This document shows, one piece after another, positions 54,942 to 63,831 of a DNA stretch of 64,000 nucleotides. The DNA is from Candidatus Pacearchaeota archaeon (GTDB lineage Archaea > Nanobdellota > Nanobdellia > Pacearchaeales > GW2011-AR1): the NCBI GenBank assembly GCA_050303855.1, contig JBNLCO010000004.1:7581-71580 (forward strand), read 5' to 3'. The position numbers and the translations under genes were made by a program. Every line of letters begins with the position of its first letter. Within the stretch, counting starts at the first letter, position 1. The notes beneath the pieces were generated by a model. The model saw only the letters and a program-made list of their open reading frames with translations, ran no database searches and was not told where the DNA came from.

Positions 54942-55862
54942 TTACATTCTCTCTAATGCAGAAATCCTTTTTTCTATTGGAGGATGTGTGCTCCCAAGAT
55001 TCTTGAAAGGGTTTGCAAAGAACATTGGTGCTAAAGCTTTACTTGGCTTTTTCTCTCTTTTTTCATTTAGAGTTGGGTGTTCGTAATCTTGTTTTATCTT
55101 TTTTAGAGCGTTAATTAGTCCTCCAGGATATCTTGTGAATTTAACCGCTGTAGCATCTGCAGAATATTCATGTTTTCTTGATATGGATAGTTGGACTAGT
55201 GCAACTACAATTGGAGCTAATATTGCTAGGATTATTCCTATTATGAGGTATATTGATTGAGCTTTTCCTCCTTCAGAGCTTCTTGATCCTCCAGAGAACC
55301 ATAAACTTCTTAGAAATATTTCTGAAGCTATTGCAATCATCCCAACCATTACAGAGACTATTGTCATGTATCTGATATCATAGTTTCCTATATGTCCTAA
55401 TTCGTGTGCTAATACTCCTTCAAGTTCTCTTTTATCTAGTTTCTCTAGGCAGCCTTCTGTTACACAAATTACTGCGTGTTTAGGGTCTCTTCCAGAGGCA
55501 AAGGCGTTTATTTGTTTGGAAGGCATTACGTATAATTTTGGCATTGGAAGTCCTGAGGCTATTGTTAATCCTTCAACTAGATCATAGAACATTTTATGTT
55601 CTGTCCGTGAGGCGCGTTTAGCCCTAACACTTGCTATAGCTATTTTATCCGAATTGTAGTAACTAATTGAAACGTATAGTATTGATACAATAATTGATAT
55701 TATCATAATGAAGAAAAAAATTCCTTGAGAATCTGCGTAGAATGCTGAGATGACATACCCTAGTAGGAGAAACATTATGAATATGAAAACTATCATAAAA
55801 AAGGATTTTCTTTTATTCTTTGATATTTGGTCTCTGAAGTCCACTCTAGTGTATTGATCCAT
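54942..55862 (-). CDS. htpX: HtpX-like M48 zinc protease
   Basis: Two N-terminal TMs, HELGHIGNYD, two more TMs and EYSAD. Confidence 0.9.
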   Translation of the reverse strand: MDQYTRVDFRDQISKNKRKSFFMIVFIFIMFLLLGYVISAFYADSQGIFFFIMIISIIVSILYVSISYYNSDKIAIASVRAKRASRTEHKMFYDLVEGLTIASGLPMPKLYVMPSKQINAFASGRDPKHAVICVTEGCLEKLDKRELEGVLAHELGHIGNYDIRYMTIVSVMVGMIAIASEIFLRSLWFSGGSRSSEGGKAQSIYLIIGIILAILAPIVVALVQLSISRKHEYSADATAVKFTRYPGGLINALKKIKQDYEHPTLNEKREKKPSKALAPMFFANPFKNLGSTHPPIEKRISALERM

Positions 55863-55912
55863 GTTTGACTGTAATAAATAAACTTAATAAACCTAATTAT
55901 TTTTGTTTTATC

Positions 55913-56194
55913 ATGGAAGATAAAATTACTAAGGAGAAAATTGATAAGTATTTCAATTTGACAGAGACAGCTTTATCTGAAGTTAAGAAGAATATAATTC
56001 CTGGGAAAGAAGCTTATGCTAAAGAAATAATTGATATGGTTGAGAATTACATTTCAGATGCTAAACATTTTGAAGAAAAAGGAGATTATGTTAATTGTTT
56101 TGCTGCTTTGAATTATGCTCATGGGTGGCTTGATTCTGGAGTAAGATTGGATGTTTTTGATGTTCACGACAGCAATTTATTCACTATAAAATAA
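55913..56194 (+). CDS. DUF357-family protein
   Basis: The pattern YISDAKHFEEKGDYVNCFAALNYAHGWLDSGVRL. The ATG at 55913 is preferred. Confidence 0.6.
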   Translation: MEDKITKEKIDKYFNLTETALSEVKKNIIPGKEAYAKEIIDMVENYISDAKHFEEKGDYVNCFAALNYAHGWLDSGVRLDVFDVHDSNLFTIK

Positions 56195-56224
56195 CTGTCG
56201 TGTTAAGATTTTACTGTTAAATAA

Positions 56225-56941
56225 TTATTGAATACAATAACCTTCATCTACTTTTGTGTAAGGAATGGTAAATTTGAATTCTGTACCTTCTCCCAATTTT
56301 GTTTCTACGCTCATTTCTCCGCCGTTTTTCTCTACAAATTCTTTTGCTCCCCATAACCCTATCCCGTGATCTGTTGTTTTGTCATTTTTGGTTGAGAAAC
56401 CTTTTTTGAATATGTTTTCTAGGTGTTGTTCTTTAATCCCAAATCCATTGTCTTTCATAGTCACTATATAATTTCCTTTTTCTGCAGGTTTCTTAAGATC
56501 TTTAATTTGTTTATTCTTTGCAGGAATCTCTTTTTCTGGCTTCCCTTCAATTTCTACTATTTTGTAGAAATCCTCTTTGTTTGTTCTCTTTTTTATATCA
56601 TTCTCGGGATTGAAAGCGTGTTCTTTAATATTCCATGCAAGTTGTTCTATGACATTGTGAACATAATCTGTGTTAGTTATCATTCTATCTATACGTGTAT
56701 ACATTATCCCTATATTCTCTTCTTCAAAATCTTTTTTGAAATTTGTCCAGAAGCTCCATATATCTTCTTCAAAATAGTATTTGTCTCTTTTGAAATTTGG
56801 ACTAAAAAATCTATTTGCAACATAATTTAGTATTTTTCCTGATTTGTCCGCACTTTTGCAAAGTCTTGTTTGGATTTCATTTAGTTTTGTAACATCTTTT
56901 AGCTTTGGGGTTATTGGCATGTACATATTCAATGTCTTCAA
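56225..56941 (-). CDS. histidine-kinase-like ATPase (HATPase_c) domain protein
   Basis: N-box-like VIEQLAWNIKEHAF, G1 DNGFGI and G2 GIGLWGAKEFVEKNGG. Confidence 0.75.
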   Translation of the reverse strand: MKTLNMYMPITPKLKDVTKLNEIQTRLCKSADKSGKILNYVANRFFSPNFKRDKYYFEEDIWSFWTNFKKDFEEENIGIMYTRIDRMITNTDYVHNVIEQLAWNIKEHAFNPENDIKKRTNKEDFYKIVEIEGKPEKEIPAKNKQIKDLKKPAEKGNYIVTMKDNGFGIKEQHLENIFKKGFSTKNDKTTDHGIGLWGAKEFVEKNGGEMSVETKLGEGTEFKFTIPYTKVDEGYCIQ

Positions 56942-56954
56942 ACTTCTATAACAG

Positions 56955-57335
56955 TTATCTGCTAATTCTTCTAAATTTTTTTTTGCTAATGTTTTCTTTT
57001 TGGCTTGTTACCTCTTTGAATATCTCGACCATAGAATTTACGTAATTTTTTCCTAAATTATGTAAGTTTTGGATATAGGCTCTTGCGAATATATCTTCAA
57101 CAAAATATCTGTCTCTTAACTCTTTGTTTTCTTCCTCAGGTGTAATCGCTAAACTACTTATATCTCGAATTCCATAAAAGGGGGATAAAAAAGTGTGGGA
57201 AACAATTGCGTTTATCCAAGTTATCGCTTCTTCACTTTTTTTACTTTCCTCCATCCAATTTGTTATAACTTTTTGTACGTCCTTTGGTTTGAATTGAATC
57301 AGGTATTCTTTCATTCTTTTTTTGCTCTTCTTCAA
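56955..57335 (-). CDS. possible DHp/H-box fragment of a split histidine kinase
   Basis: VSHTFLSPFYGIRDISSL resembles the H-box SHELRTPL. It ends 13 nt upstream of the HATPase ORF and is in a different frame. Confidence 0.4.
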   Translation of the reverse strand: MKKSKKRMKEYLIQFKPKDVQKVITNWMEESKKSEEAITWINAIVSHTFLSPFYGIRDISSLAITPEEENKELRDRYFVEDIFARAYIQNLHNLGKNYVNSMVEIFKEVTSQKENISKKKFRRISR

Positions 57336-57414
57336 TATTTAATCTTTATTGTTTTGCTAAATAACTCTTTTTTAGCACAATAATTCTTTTAAAGATCTAG
57401 TTTGTTTCCAATTT

Positions 57415-57717
57415 ATGCCGTGCATACCTTTTAACAAGTTGGAATCAGGAAAGGTTAGAATTCTTGATGGGGAATTGAATCTTTTAAGATTGAAAGAGGA
57501 TAAACATTATTTGGTGGATGATTCTTTATTGGATGCAATAAGTTCCAAAATGCCTTACAATTCTGTTTTTGAAAATAATTCTTTGTCTTATATAGTTATT
57601 GGTTGGACTGCAGATAAGTCTCAAGGTATTGCCGGAAAGGTAAATGGTAGCGAATTTAAGGACGCTTTTGAAGAAATCCTTAGTTATGAAACTTTTTTAG
57701 TTAATCCTAAAGTATAA
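57415..57717 (+). CDS. hypothetical protein
   Basis: 100-aa ORF. No domain recognised. Confidence 0.4.
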   Translation: MPCIPFNKLESGKVRILDGELNLLRLKEDKHYLVDDSLLDAISSKMPYNSVFENNSLSYIVIGWTADKSQGIAGKVNGSEFKDAFEEILSYETFLVNPKV

Positions 57718-57741
57718 AAACATATTTCTCTTTATCTTAAA

Positions 57742-58269
57742 ATGAGGTTAGCGATAATTGGGATACAAGGAAGTGGAAAGGGAACCCAAGCAAAACTTAT
57801 TGCAAAAAAGTTTAAACTTAAGAGAATTACTGTTGGAGAAATTTTAAGGAAGGAAGTAAAAAAAGGATCAAGAGAAGGGAAGATTTTGGCTAAGTATATG
57901 AATAAAGGGTTGATGGCTCCGAATAGAATCGTGAATAAATTACTTTTGAGAAGCTTGCCGAAAGACAATTTTATAATTGATGGGTTTCCGAGAGATTCGA
58001 AGCAACTAAAAGTAGCAGATAAGCTTAATTTGGAAAAAGTTATTATTTTAACGCTTCCTAAGCGGGAAGTTCATAGAAGAATAAAATTAAGGCGGAAATT
58101 AGAGAATCGTGTTGATGATCAAGAAAAATCCTTGGAAGTTCGTTTGAAGTTATTTTACAAATACTCTCCAAAAATTATTAAACATTTTAAAGATAGATTA
58201 ATAAAAATAAATGGAAATCAATCAATAAGAAAAGTATTTTCAGATATTGAAAAAGTATTGAAGAAATAA
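57742..58269 (+). CDS. adk: adenylate kinase (short form)
   Basis: IIGIQGSGKGTQAKLIAKKF P-loop and DGFPR. Confidence 0.9.
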   Translation: MRLAIIGIQGSGKGTQAKLIAKKFKLKRITVGEILRKEVKKGSREGKILAKYMNKGLMAPNRIVNKLLLRSLPKDNFIIDGFPRDSKQLKVADKLNLEKVIILTLPKREVHRRIKLRRKLENRVDDQEKSLEVRLKLFYKYSPKIIKHFKDRLIKINGNQSIRKVFSDIEKVLKK

Positions 58270-58270
58270 G

Positions 58271-58738
58271 ATGGAATCGAATGAAACAATAATCACTCAG
58301 ACAGAATTTAACAAATTGAAGAATGAGGTTAAGAAGGCTAAATCTGAGAAGAAGAAAATAATTTATTCTTCAAGTGATGATGAACTTAATAGAAAAGTTA
58401 TTGAGAAATTGCCTGTAGATATTTTGTTGGTTAATTTGTCTGGGAGAAAAGATTATCAGAAGCAAAGAAATTCTGGGTTTAATCAGGTTATGGCCAAAGT
58501 AATGAAGAAGAAAGGTATTGTATTAGGAATCAATTTTGATGAAATCATTGAAGCGAGGGATTTGTATGCTAAGGTTGAGATTTTATCTAGAATAAAGCAG
58601 AATATCTTTTTATGTAATAAAAATAAAGTTAAAATGACTTTTATAATCCAAGATGATAAGAATCAGAGAAGTATATATGATCTAAAAGCTCTTGGATTGG
58701 TTTTGGGAATGCCAACTTGGATGACCAAACAATTTTAA
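58271..58738 (+). CDS. short Rpp30-like (RNase P protein component 3) candidate
   Basis: FNQVMAKVMKKKGIVLGINFDEII..RIKQNIFLCNKNKVKMTFIIQDD..DLKALGLVLGM resembles the C-terminal half of the Rpp30 TIM-barrel pattern. It is shorter than usual. Confidence 0.4.
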   Translation: MESNETIITQTEFNKLKNEVKKAKSEKKKIIYSSSDDELNRKVIEKLPVDILLVNLSGRKDYQKQRNSGFNQVMAKVMKKKGIVLGINFDEIIEARDLYAKVEILSRIKQNIFLCNKNKVKMTFIIQDDKNQRSIYDLKALGLVLGMPTWMTKQF

Positions 58739-58760
58739 ATCCTCTTATTTTATAGTTTAA

Positions 58761-60302
58761 ATGGCCGATAATAAATTAGATAGTAAGGAATTAAGCAAGG
58801 CGATTGATTCTCTTAGTCCTCATGAAAGAAAAATACTGCCTTTTTTGAATGAGAAGGATATAATTGAGATCTGTAAGAAGTCCAATTTGGATAAAGTTTC
58901 TGTTTTAAGAGCTCTTGATTATCTTCAGAATAAGGATGTTGTTAAAATCAATTCAGTTAAAAAGAAAATGGTGGAATTGGGGGTTAATGGTGCATTGTAT
59001 CTTAAGAAAGGGCTTCCTGAGAGAAGATTGTTGAATTTGTTGAATGAGAAGAGAATTATCTCTTTAAAGGATGCTCAGGCTGAAAGTAAGCTTTCAAATG
59101 ATGAATTTAAGGCTTCCTTAGGTGCTTTGAAGAAAAGAGCTTTAATCGAACTAAATAAGGGAAAGATTGTATTTAGCGGCCAACCTTCAGATATAGCTAA
59201 GAAAACTCTTGAAGAGCAGTTTATTGAGGCTTTGCCTTTAGATGCGGATAATTTGACTCCAGAACAGGATTTTGCTTTGAAGAATTTACGTTCTAGGAAA
59301 GGCATAATTCTAATTGAAGAAGATAAGGAGATTTCTTTTGAGGTTACAGGTTTTGGAAAGAAGCTTATGAACCTTAAAGTTAGGGAAGAAGATTTGATTG
59401 AACAAATAACTCCTGAATTACTTAAGTTGGATAAGAATTGGAAAGGAAAGAAGTTTAGAAGGTATGATGTTGTTTCTCCTTTACCTGATTTGAATGGAGG
59501 TAAGAGACATTTTGTTAATCAATCAATAGATTATGTTAGAAAGATTTGGACTGATATGGGTTTCAGAGAGGTTTCAGGAAGTATGATTCAGCAGAGTTTC
59601 TGGAATTTTGATGCTTTGTTCCAGCCTCAAGATCATCCTGCTAGGGAGTTAGCAGATACGTTCTTCATAAATAAGAAGATTGATTTGCCTCATGATAAGA
59701 AGATTGTTGAAGCGGTAAGAAAGGCTCATGAATCTGGTGTTGAAGGAAGTAAGGGTTGGGGATATAAATGGAACGATGAGGTTGCCAAACAGTTGGTTTT
59801 GAGAACTCATACAACTTCTTTGTCTGCTATGGAACTTACAAGAATAAAAGAAGAAGATCTTCCCGTGAAGATTTTTGCTTTGGGTAAGAATTTTAGAAAT
59901 GAAACTGTTGATTGGGCACATGGTTTTGAATTTTATCAGACAGAAGGTATTGTTATAGATAAAAACGTTAATTTCAGACATCTGTTGGGATATTTGAAAC
60001 AGTTCTATAAGAAGATGGGATTCGATAAAATAAGATTTAGACCTTCATATTTCCCTTATACAGAACCTTCTGTAGAAGTTGATGTTTGGCATCCTGAAAG
60101 AAATATGTGGTTGGAGTTAGGTGGAGCGGGTATCTTTAGACCTGAAGTTTCAGTTACTTTGCTTGGAAAGAATATACCTATTTTAGCTTGGGGTCAGGGA
60201 GTTGATAGGATTATCATGGATTATTATAAAATAAAAGATCTTAGGGAGTTATATAAGAATGATTTAACTCAATTAAGAAAGATCAAATATTGGATGAAAT
60301 AG
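58761..60302 (+). CDS. pheS: phenylalanyl-tRNA synthetase alpha subunit (archaeal/eukaryal type)
   Basis: HPARELADTFF, FRNETVDWAHGFEFYQTEG and GAGIFRPEV. Confidence 0.95.
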   Translation: MADNKLDSKELSKAIDSLSPHERKILPFLNEKDIIEICKKSNLDKVSVLRALDYLQNKDVVKINSVKKKMVELGVNGALYLKKGLPERRLLNLLNEKRIISLKDAQAESKLSNDEFKASLGALKKRALIELNKGKIVFSGQPSDIAKKTLEEQFIEALPLDADNLTPEQDFALKNLRSRKGIILIEEDKEISFEVTGFGKKLMNLKVREEDLIEQITPELLKLDKNWKGKKFRRYDVVSPLPDLNGGKRHFVNQSIDYVRKIWTDMGFREVSGSMIQQSFWNFDALFQPQDHPARELADTFFINKKIDLPHDKKIVEAVRKAHESGVEGSKGWGYKWNDEVAKQLVLRTHTTSLSAMELTRIKEEDLPVKIFALGKNFRNETVDWAHGFEFYQTEGIVIDKNVNFRHLLGYLKQFYKKMGFDKIRFRPSYFPYTEPSVEVDVWHPERNMWLELGGAGIFRPEVSVTLLGKNIPILAWGQGVDRIIMDYYKIKDLRELYKNDLTQLRKIKYWMK

Positions 60303-60303
60303 A

Positions 60304-61965
60304 ATGGCTTCAATAAAATTTAGTAAAAAAGTATTTGAAAGAGAAATAGGAAAGCTTACTTCTGAGATGCAGGAAAAGATAGCTTTGTTTGGAACTCCTG
60401 TTGAAGGTATTGACGAGGAAGAAGTTGAATTAGACGTGACTCCAGATAGACCCGATTTGTTATCTTATCAGAATTTTAGGAGAAGCTTCTTAGCATTTTT
60501 AGGAAAGAAAACTGGTCTTAAGATTTATAAGATTCATAAGCCTGAGAAAGGATATAAGGTTAAGATAGATTCTTCTGTTCGAAATGTAAGGCCTTACACC
60601 GCTTGTGCAATTGTTAGAGGGTTAAGATTGGATGATGAAAAAATAAAAGAAATTATTGATATACAAGAGAAGTTACATATTACTGTAGGACGTAGAAGAA
60701 AGAAGTTAGCAATTGGTATTTATCCTTTGGATAAGATTAAGTTACCTATAATACTTAAGGCAATGGAGCCTGATAAAATAAAATTCGTTCCTTTAGAAAT
60801 GGATCGGGAAATGTCTGGTTTGCAGATTCTTCAAAGACATCCAAAAGGAAAAGATTATGCTCACCTACTTGCAGGAAAATCTAGTTTCCCTGTTTTTGTT
60901 GATGCAGATAATAATGTATTAAGTATGCCTCCAGTTATAAATTCCCAAATGACTGGAAAGGTTACAAGTAAAACAAGAGATGTTTTTGTTGAATGTTCTG
61001 GTTTCGATTATGCTGTTTTGAGAAAGTGTTTGAATATTTTAGTAAGCTCTTTTGCAGAGATGGGTGGGAAGATTTACCAGATGGATGTTTCTGGTTTACC
61101 AAACGGAGAGAAATCTTCTCCAAATATGTCTTCAGAAAGTATAAAGATTTCGTTGGATAATGTGAATAAACTTTTAGGTTTAGATTTAGATGAGAAGACT
61201 TTGAAGGTTTTGCTTGAAAGAATGGGCCATAATTACAATCTGGGCAAGAATCTTGTTGAGGTTGGATGTTGGAGGATGGATATCTTACATGAAGTTGATT
61301 TGATTGAGGATGTTGCTATAGCTTATGGTTATGATAAACTTGTTCCAGAGATTCCTTCCTTGTCTACGATTGGAGAGGAAAATCATAGGGAGAATACTAA
61401 GAAAAGATTTGCTAATATACTTGCGGGCTTGGGATTACTTGAAGTTTCAAATTTCCATTTGACCACTAAGGATGATATGTTGGAGAATATGGGCTTGTCA
61501 GATAAGATTTCTAAGAGTATTATTGCGCTTGAAGAATCTAAGACAGAATATAATCTACTTAGAAGAGATTTAACACATTATGTTATGAAAGTCTTTTCAA
61601 ACAATGTTGATTCTGAATACCCTCAGAAGATTTTTGAGATGGGAAGAGTTTTTGAGAATAATTCAGATGGAAGTATCTCTGAAAGTGAAAGACTTTCTTT
61701 AGGAATAACTCCTGGTAACTTTACTGAAGCCAAACAGATTTTGGAATATTTGTTTAGAATGATTGGTCTTAAATTGGATTTTAAAGAATCAGAGAATTTC
61801 CCCGGATATTTTATTGATGGGAGAGTTGCTGAAATTGTTTATGATGGTAAAAAGATTGGATTTTTGGGGGAGATACATCCAAGAATATTAAGGAATTGGA
61901 AGATTAAGATGCCTGTTGCTCTTTTAGAAATTGATTTAGAAGATATTTTTGGTGGTTTGAAATAA
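60304..61965 (+). CDS. pheT: phenylalanyl-tRNA synthetase beta subunit (archaeal type)
   Basis: Follows pheS by 1 nt. B3/4 and B5 patterns (TPDRPDLLSYQNF, DLIEDVAIAYGYD). Confidence 0.95.
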   Translation: MASIKFSKKVFEREIGKLTSEMQEKIALFGTPVEGIDEEEVELDVTPDRPDLLSYQNFRRSFLAFLGKKTGLKIYKIHKPEKGYKVKIDSSVRNVRPYTACAIVRGLRLDDEKIKEIIDIQEKLHITVGRRRKKLAIGIYPLDKIKLPIILKAMEPDKIKFVPLEMDREMSGLQILQRHPKGKDYAHLLAGKSSFPVFVDADNNVLSMPPVINSQMTGKVTSKTRDVFVECSGFDYAVLRKCLNILVSSFAEMGGKIYQMDVSGLPNGEKSSPNMSSESIKISLDNVNKLLGLDLDEKTLKVLLERMGHNYNLGKNLVEVGCWRMDILHEVDLIEDVAIAYGYDKLVPEIPSLSTIGEENHRENTKKRFANILAGLGLLEVSNFHLTTKDDMLENMGLSDKISKSIIALEESKTEYNLLRRDLTHYVMKVFSNNVDSEYPQKIFEMGRVFENNSDGSISESERLSLGITPGNFTEAKQILEYLFRMIGLKLDFKESENFPGYFIDGRVAEIVYDGKKIGFLGEIHPRILRNWKIKMPVALLEIDLEDIFGGLK

Positions 61966-62481
61966 TTATCCAAAGTAACCACTTTTCTTTACTGAGACTT
62001 CTGAGTTTGAGTTGAAGTTCTTTTCTGCGTAATCAATAACTTCGTATAGTTCTTCCTTTATTTCATTCCAAAGTTTGAATGAATCTTTAATGAATTCTGC
62101 TTCTGAAGATTCATCTGATTTTAGATCCAATTTTATTAGTTTTATTTCAAATTCTGACATCTTTGTGTATATTTCTGATAGTGTTTTTCTCTTTCCGTTG
62201 TCAAGAATCTTTACGAGTGAGAAGATAAACATTGAAGCACTTGAAGGGTTTACTATGTTTTCAAGGAATCTCATATAGTTTTGTATTTTATCTGCTATGT
62301 TATGGATAACCTCTCTTAGAAGGAATTCTGCATCTTCATCTAATTTCTCTATTCCAAATTCTTTGTTTAGATCTGTAAACTCCGGTAGGGAATATTTTTC
62401 TTTAAGTTCATTATACTTTTCTTTAAGACTATCTTTCTTTTCTTTTTCGTTCTCTGAGTCAGTTTTCTCTTGATTTTCCAT
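61966..62481 (-). CDS. hypothetical acidic coiled-coil protein
   Basis: The ATG at 62481 is preferred to the TTG at 62484. No domain recognised. Confidence 0.45.
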   Translation of the reverse strand: MENQEKTDSENEKEKKDSLKEKYNELKEKYSLPEFTDLNKEFGIEKLDEDAEFLLREVIHNIADKIQNYMRFLENIVNPSSASMFIFSLVKILDNGKRKTLSEIYTKMSEFEIKLIKLDLKSDESSEAEFIKDSFKLWNEIKEELYEVIDYAEKNFNSNSEVSVKKSGYFG

Positions 62482-62501
62482 CAAAAGCTTTAATAAAAAG
62501 A

Positions 62502-62510
62502 TTTTATAAA
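62502..62510 (+). promoter_or_regulatory. putative TATA box for tRNA-Thr
   Basis: TTTTATAAA lies 29-37 nt upstream of the tRNA 5' end. Confidence 0.4.
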
Positions 62511-62538
62511 GTTATTGTAGTTATGCAGATTGATTATT

Positions 62539-62613
62539 GCCGCAGTAGCTCAGTTTTGGTAGAGTGCTACCTTGGTAAGGTAGAGGTCCCGAGTTCAAAT
62601 CTCGGCTGTGGCT
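62539..62613 (+). tRNA. tRNA-Thr (anticodon GGU)
   Basis: Hand-folded. Acceptor GCCGCAG/CUGUGGC, D stem GCUC/GAGU, anticodon stem CUACC/GGUAG with loop UUGGUAA, T arm CCGAG-UUCAAAU-CUCGG, discriminator U. Confidence 0.9.
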
Positions 62614-62618
62614 CTTAT
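62601..62618 (+). repeat. direct repeat copy 1 (tRNA-Thr 3' end)
   Basis: CTCGGCTGTGGCTcTTAT. The first 13 nt are identical to 63814..63826, and the match is 17/18 overall. Confidence 0.7.
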
Positions 62619-63826
62619 AATATGTCCTTAAACCAAGGGTTTGCCATATATAATTTTATTAAGTTTGAATATATGGGGCTTTTATGGGAACTGAACCAGA
62701 AACTAGTAAGGGGATTATGTTTTACTCAATTCATGATGCTAAAAAAGTTGATTCTTTCAAGAAATCTGAATCTTTTTCAAAGATTGATATAGATAAAGAA
62801 TTAATTCAAATCTTGTTGGTTAGAGACAATAATTGGAATGATTATAGCGTTGTCTCTAGTTTTGATGCTTATTACTTTGAGAAAAAGGATAATAATTGGA
62901 CTTTTTTGGGAAGCGTTAAAATAATAAAGAACCCTGAAGAAGATATGTGGGATGAGAAGGGTCTTTGTTGCACAGTTCTTCCCGAAAATTTTGAAAGTTT
63001 AGATAAAAAGACCTATTTTTCTAGGGGAACAATCTCTTTTTACTCTAAGATTAAATCTTTGTTGGGAAAAAAGAAAGAAATACTTTCCTCTTTAAATGAT
63101 GTTGAATATAATAATATTTCCCAAATAGATGTGTCTGCTATAAACCCTTCATTGGCCCACCACTATCAGAGCTCTTTGTATAGGGATTTTAATGAAAGTC
63201 TTACAACTTCTTCAGAATATGCTGCTAATTCTTTGGAAATTATAAATAATATTCATGATGCTGTGCTTTTCCTAATGAAGTCAGAGGAATCTGGAGGAAA
63301 AGATATAATGATTCGACTTTTATATGGTTCAGTTATATCTGCGTTGGAAGCTTATTTGGGTGATGCCTTTAAGTATAATGTAATAAACTCCCAAGAACAT
63401 TTGGAGAATTTTATAAAAAAATATCTATCAAAGATAAAGGGTGAGAAGATTGAATGGAAAGATTTAATGTCTGAGAAAGGGAGTATTAATGATTTTGTTA
63501 AAAAAAGAGTGAAAGAAACAATGGACGATATGATCTTCCATAAAGTAAAAGAGGTTTATGATTTGTATAAAGAGGTTTTAGGTATTGAATTGCCCCAATC
63601 TTTATTTTCTTTTATACAGCCAATACAAAATAGGCATGTTATTTTTCATGGGGGCAAGAAAACTCGGGCAGGAGAAGACTTAGTAATTAGTATACATGAT
63701 GTTCTTACATTAACTAAAGACGTTAGGGAATTTATTGGTGGTGCTGAAAAGGTTATCTTACCTCGACTTGATTAATGGCTATAAGTCCTTAAAAAAATGA
63801 CAAATTGTTGAAGCTCGGCTGTGGCT
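62614..63826. mobile_element. 1.2-kb integrase-less insertion at the tRNA-Thr 3' end
   Basis: Flanked by the 13-nt (17/18) direct repeat of the tRNA T-stem/acceptor 3' strand. It contains a single ORF. Confidence 0.55.
62684..63775 (+). CDS. hypothetical protein with C-terminal HEPN-like Rx4H motif
   Basis: IQPIQNRHVIFHGGKK (R-HVIF-H) is preceded by a helical region (LLYGSVISALEAYLGDAFKY). The N-terminal ~170 aa are unassigned. Confidence 0.45.
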   Translation: MGTEPETSKGIMFYSIHDAKKVDSFKKSESFSKIDIDKELIQILLVRDNNWNDYSVVSSFDAYYFEKKDNNWTFLGSVKIIKNPEEDMWDEKGLCCTVLPENFESLDKKTYFSRGTISFYSKIKSLLGKKKEILSSLNDVEYNNISQIDVSAINPSLAHHYQSSLYRDFNESLTTSSEYAANSLEIINNIHDAVLFLMKSEESGGKDIMIRLLYGSVISALEAYLGDAFKYNVINSQEHLENFIKKYLSKIKGEKIEWKDLMSEKGSINDFVKKRVKETMDDMIFHKVKEVYDLYKEVLGIELPQSLFSFIQPIQNRHVIFHGGKKTRAGEDLVISIHDVLTLTKDVREFIGGAEKVILPRLD

Positions 63827-63831
63827 TTTAT
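63814..63831 (+). repeat. direct repeat copy 2
   Basis: CTCGGCTGTGGCTtTTAT. It overlaps the stop codon of the downstream minus-strand gene. Confidence 0.7.

Noticed and set aside
28467-62278. Further shadow ORFs (28467..28805, 30882..31100, 30962..31231, 34746..34943, 36056..36319, 36899..37087, 39545..39763, 39803..39985, 42607..42801, 43454..43663, 44135..44592, 45032..45262, 45390..46133, 47181..47384, 47590..47852, 48052..48402, 49063..49341, 50301..50609, 51285..51473, 52025..52261, 52963..53190, 54421..54621, 56423..56830, 57195..57383, 57732..57968, 59075..59305, 59649..59981, 62075..62278)
   Set aside because: The same reasoning applies: they overlap well-supported genes on the other strand or in another frame.
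62523-62792. 89-aa plus-strand ORF spanning tRNA-Thr
   Set aside because: It reads straight through the tRNA gene and into the start of the 363-aa ORF in another frame, so it is an artefact.
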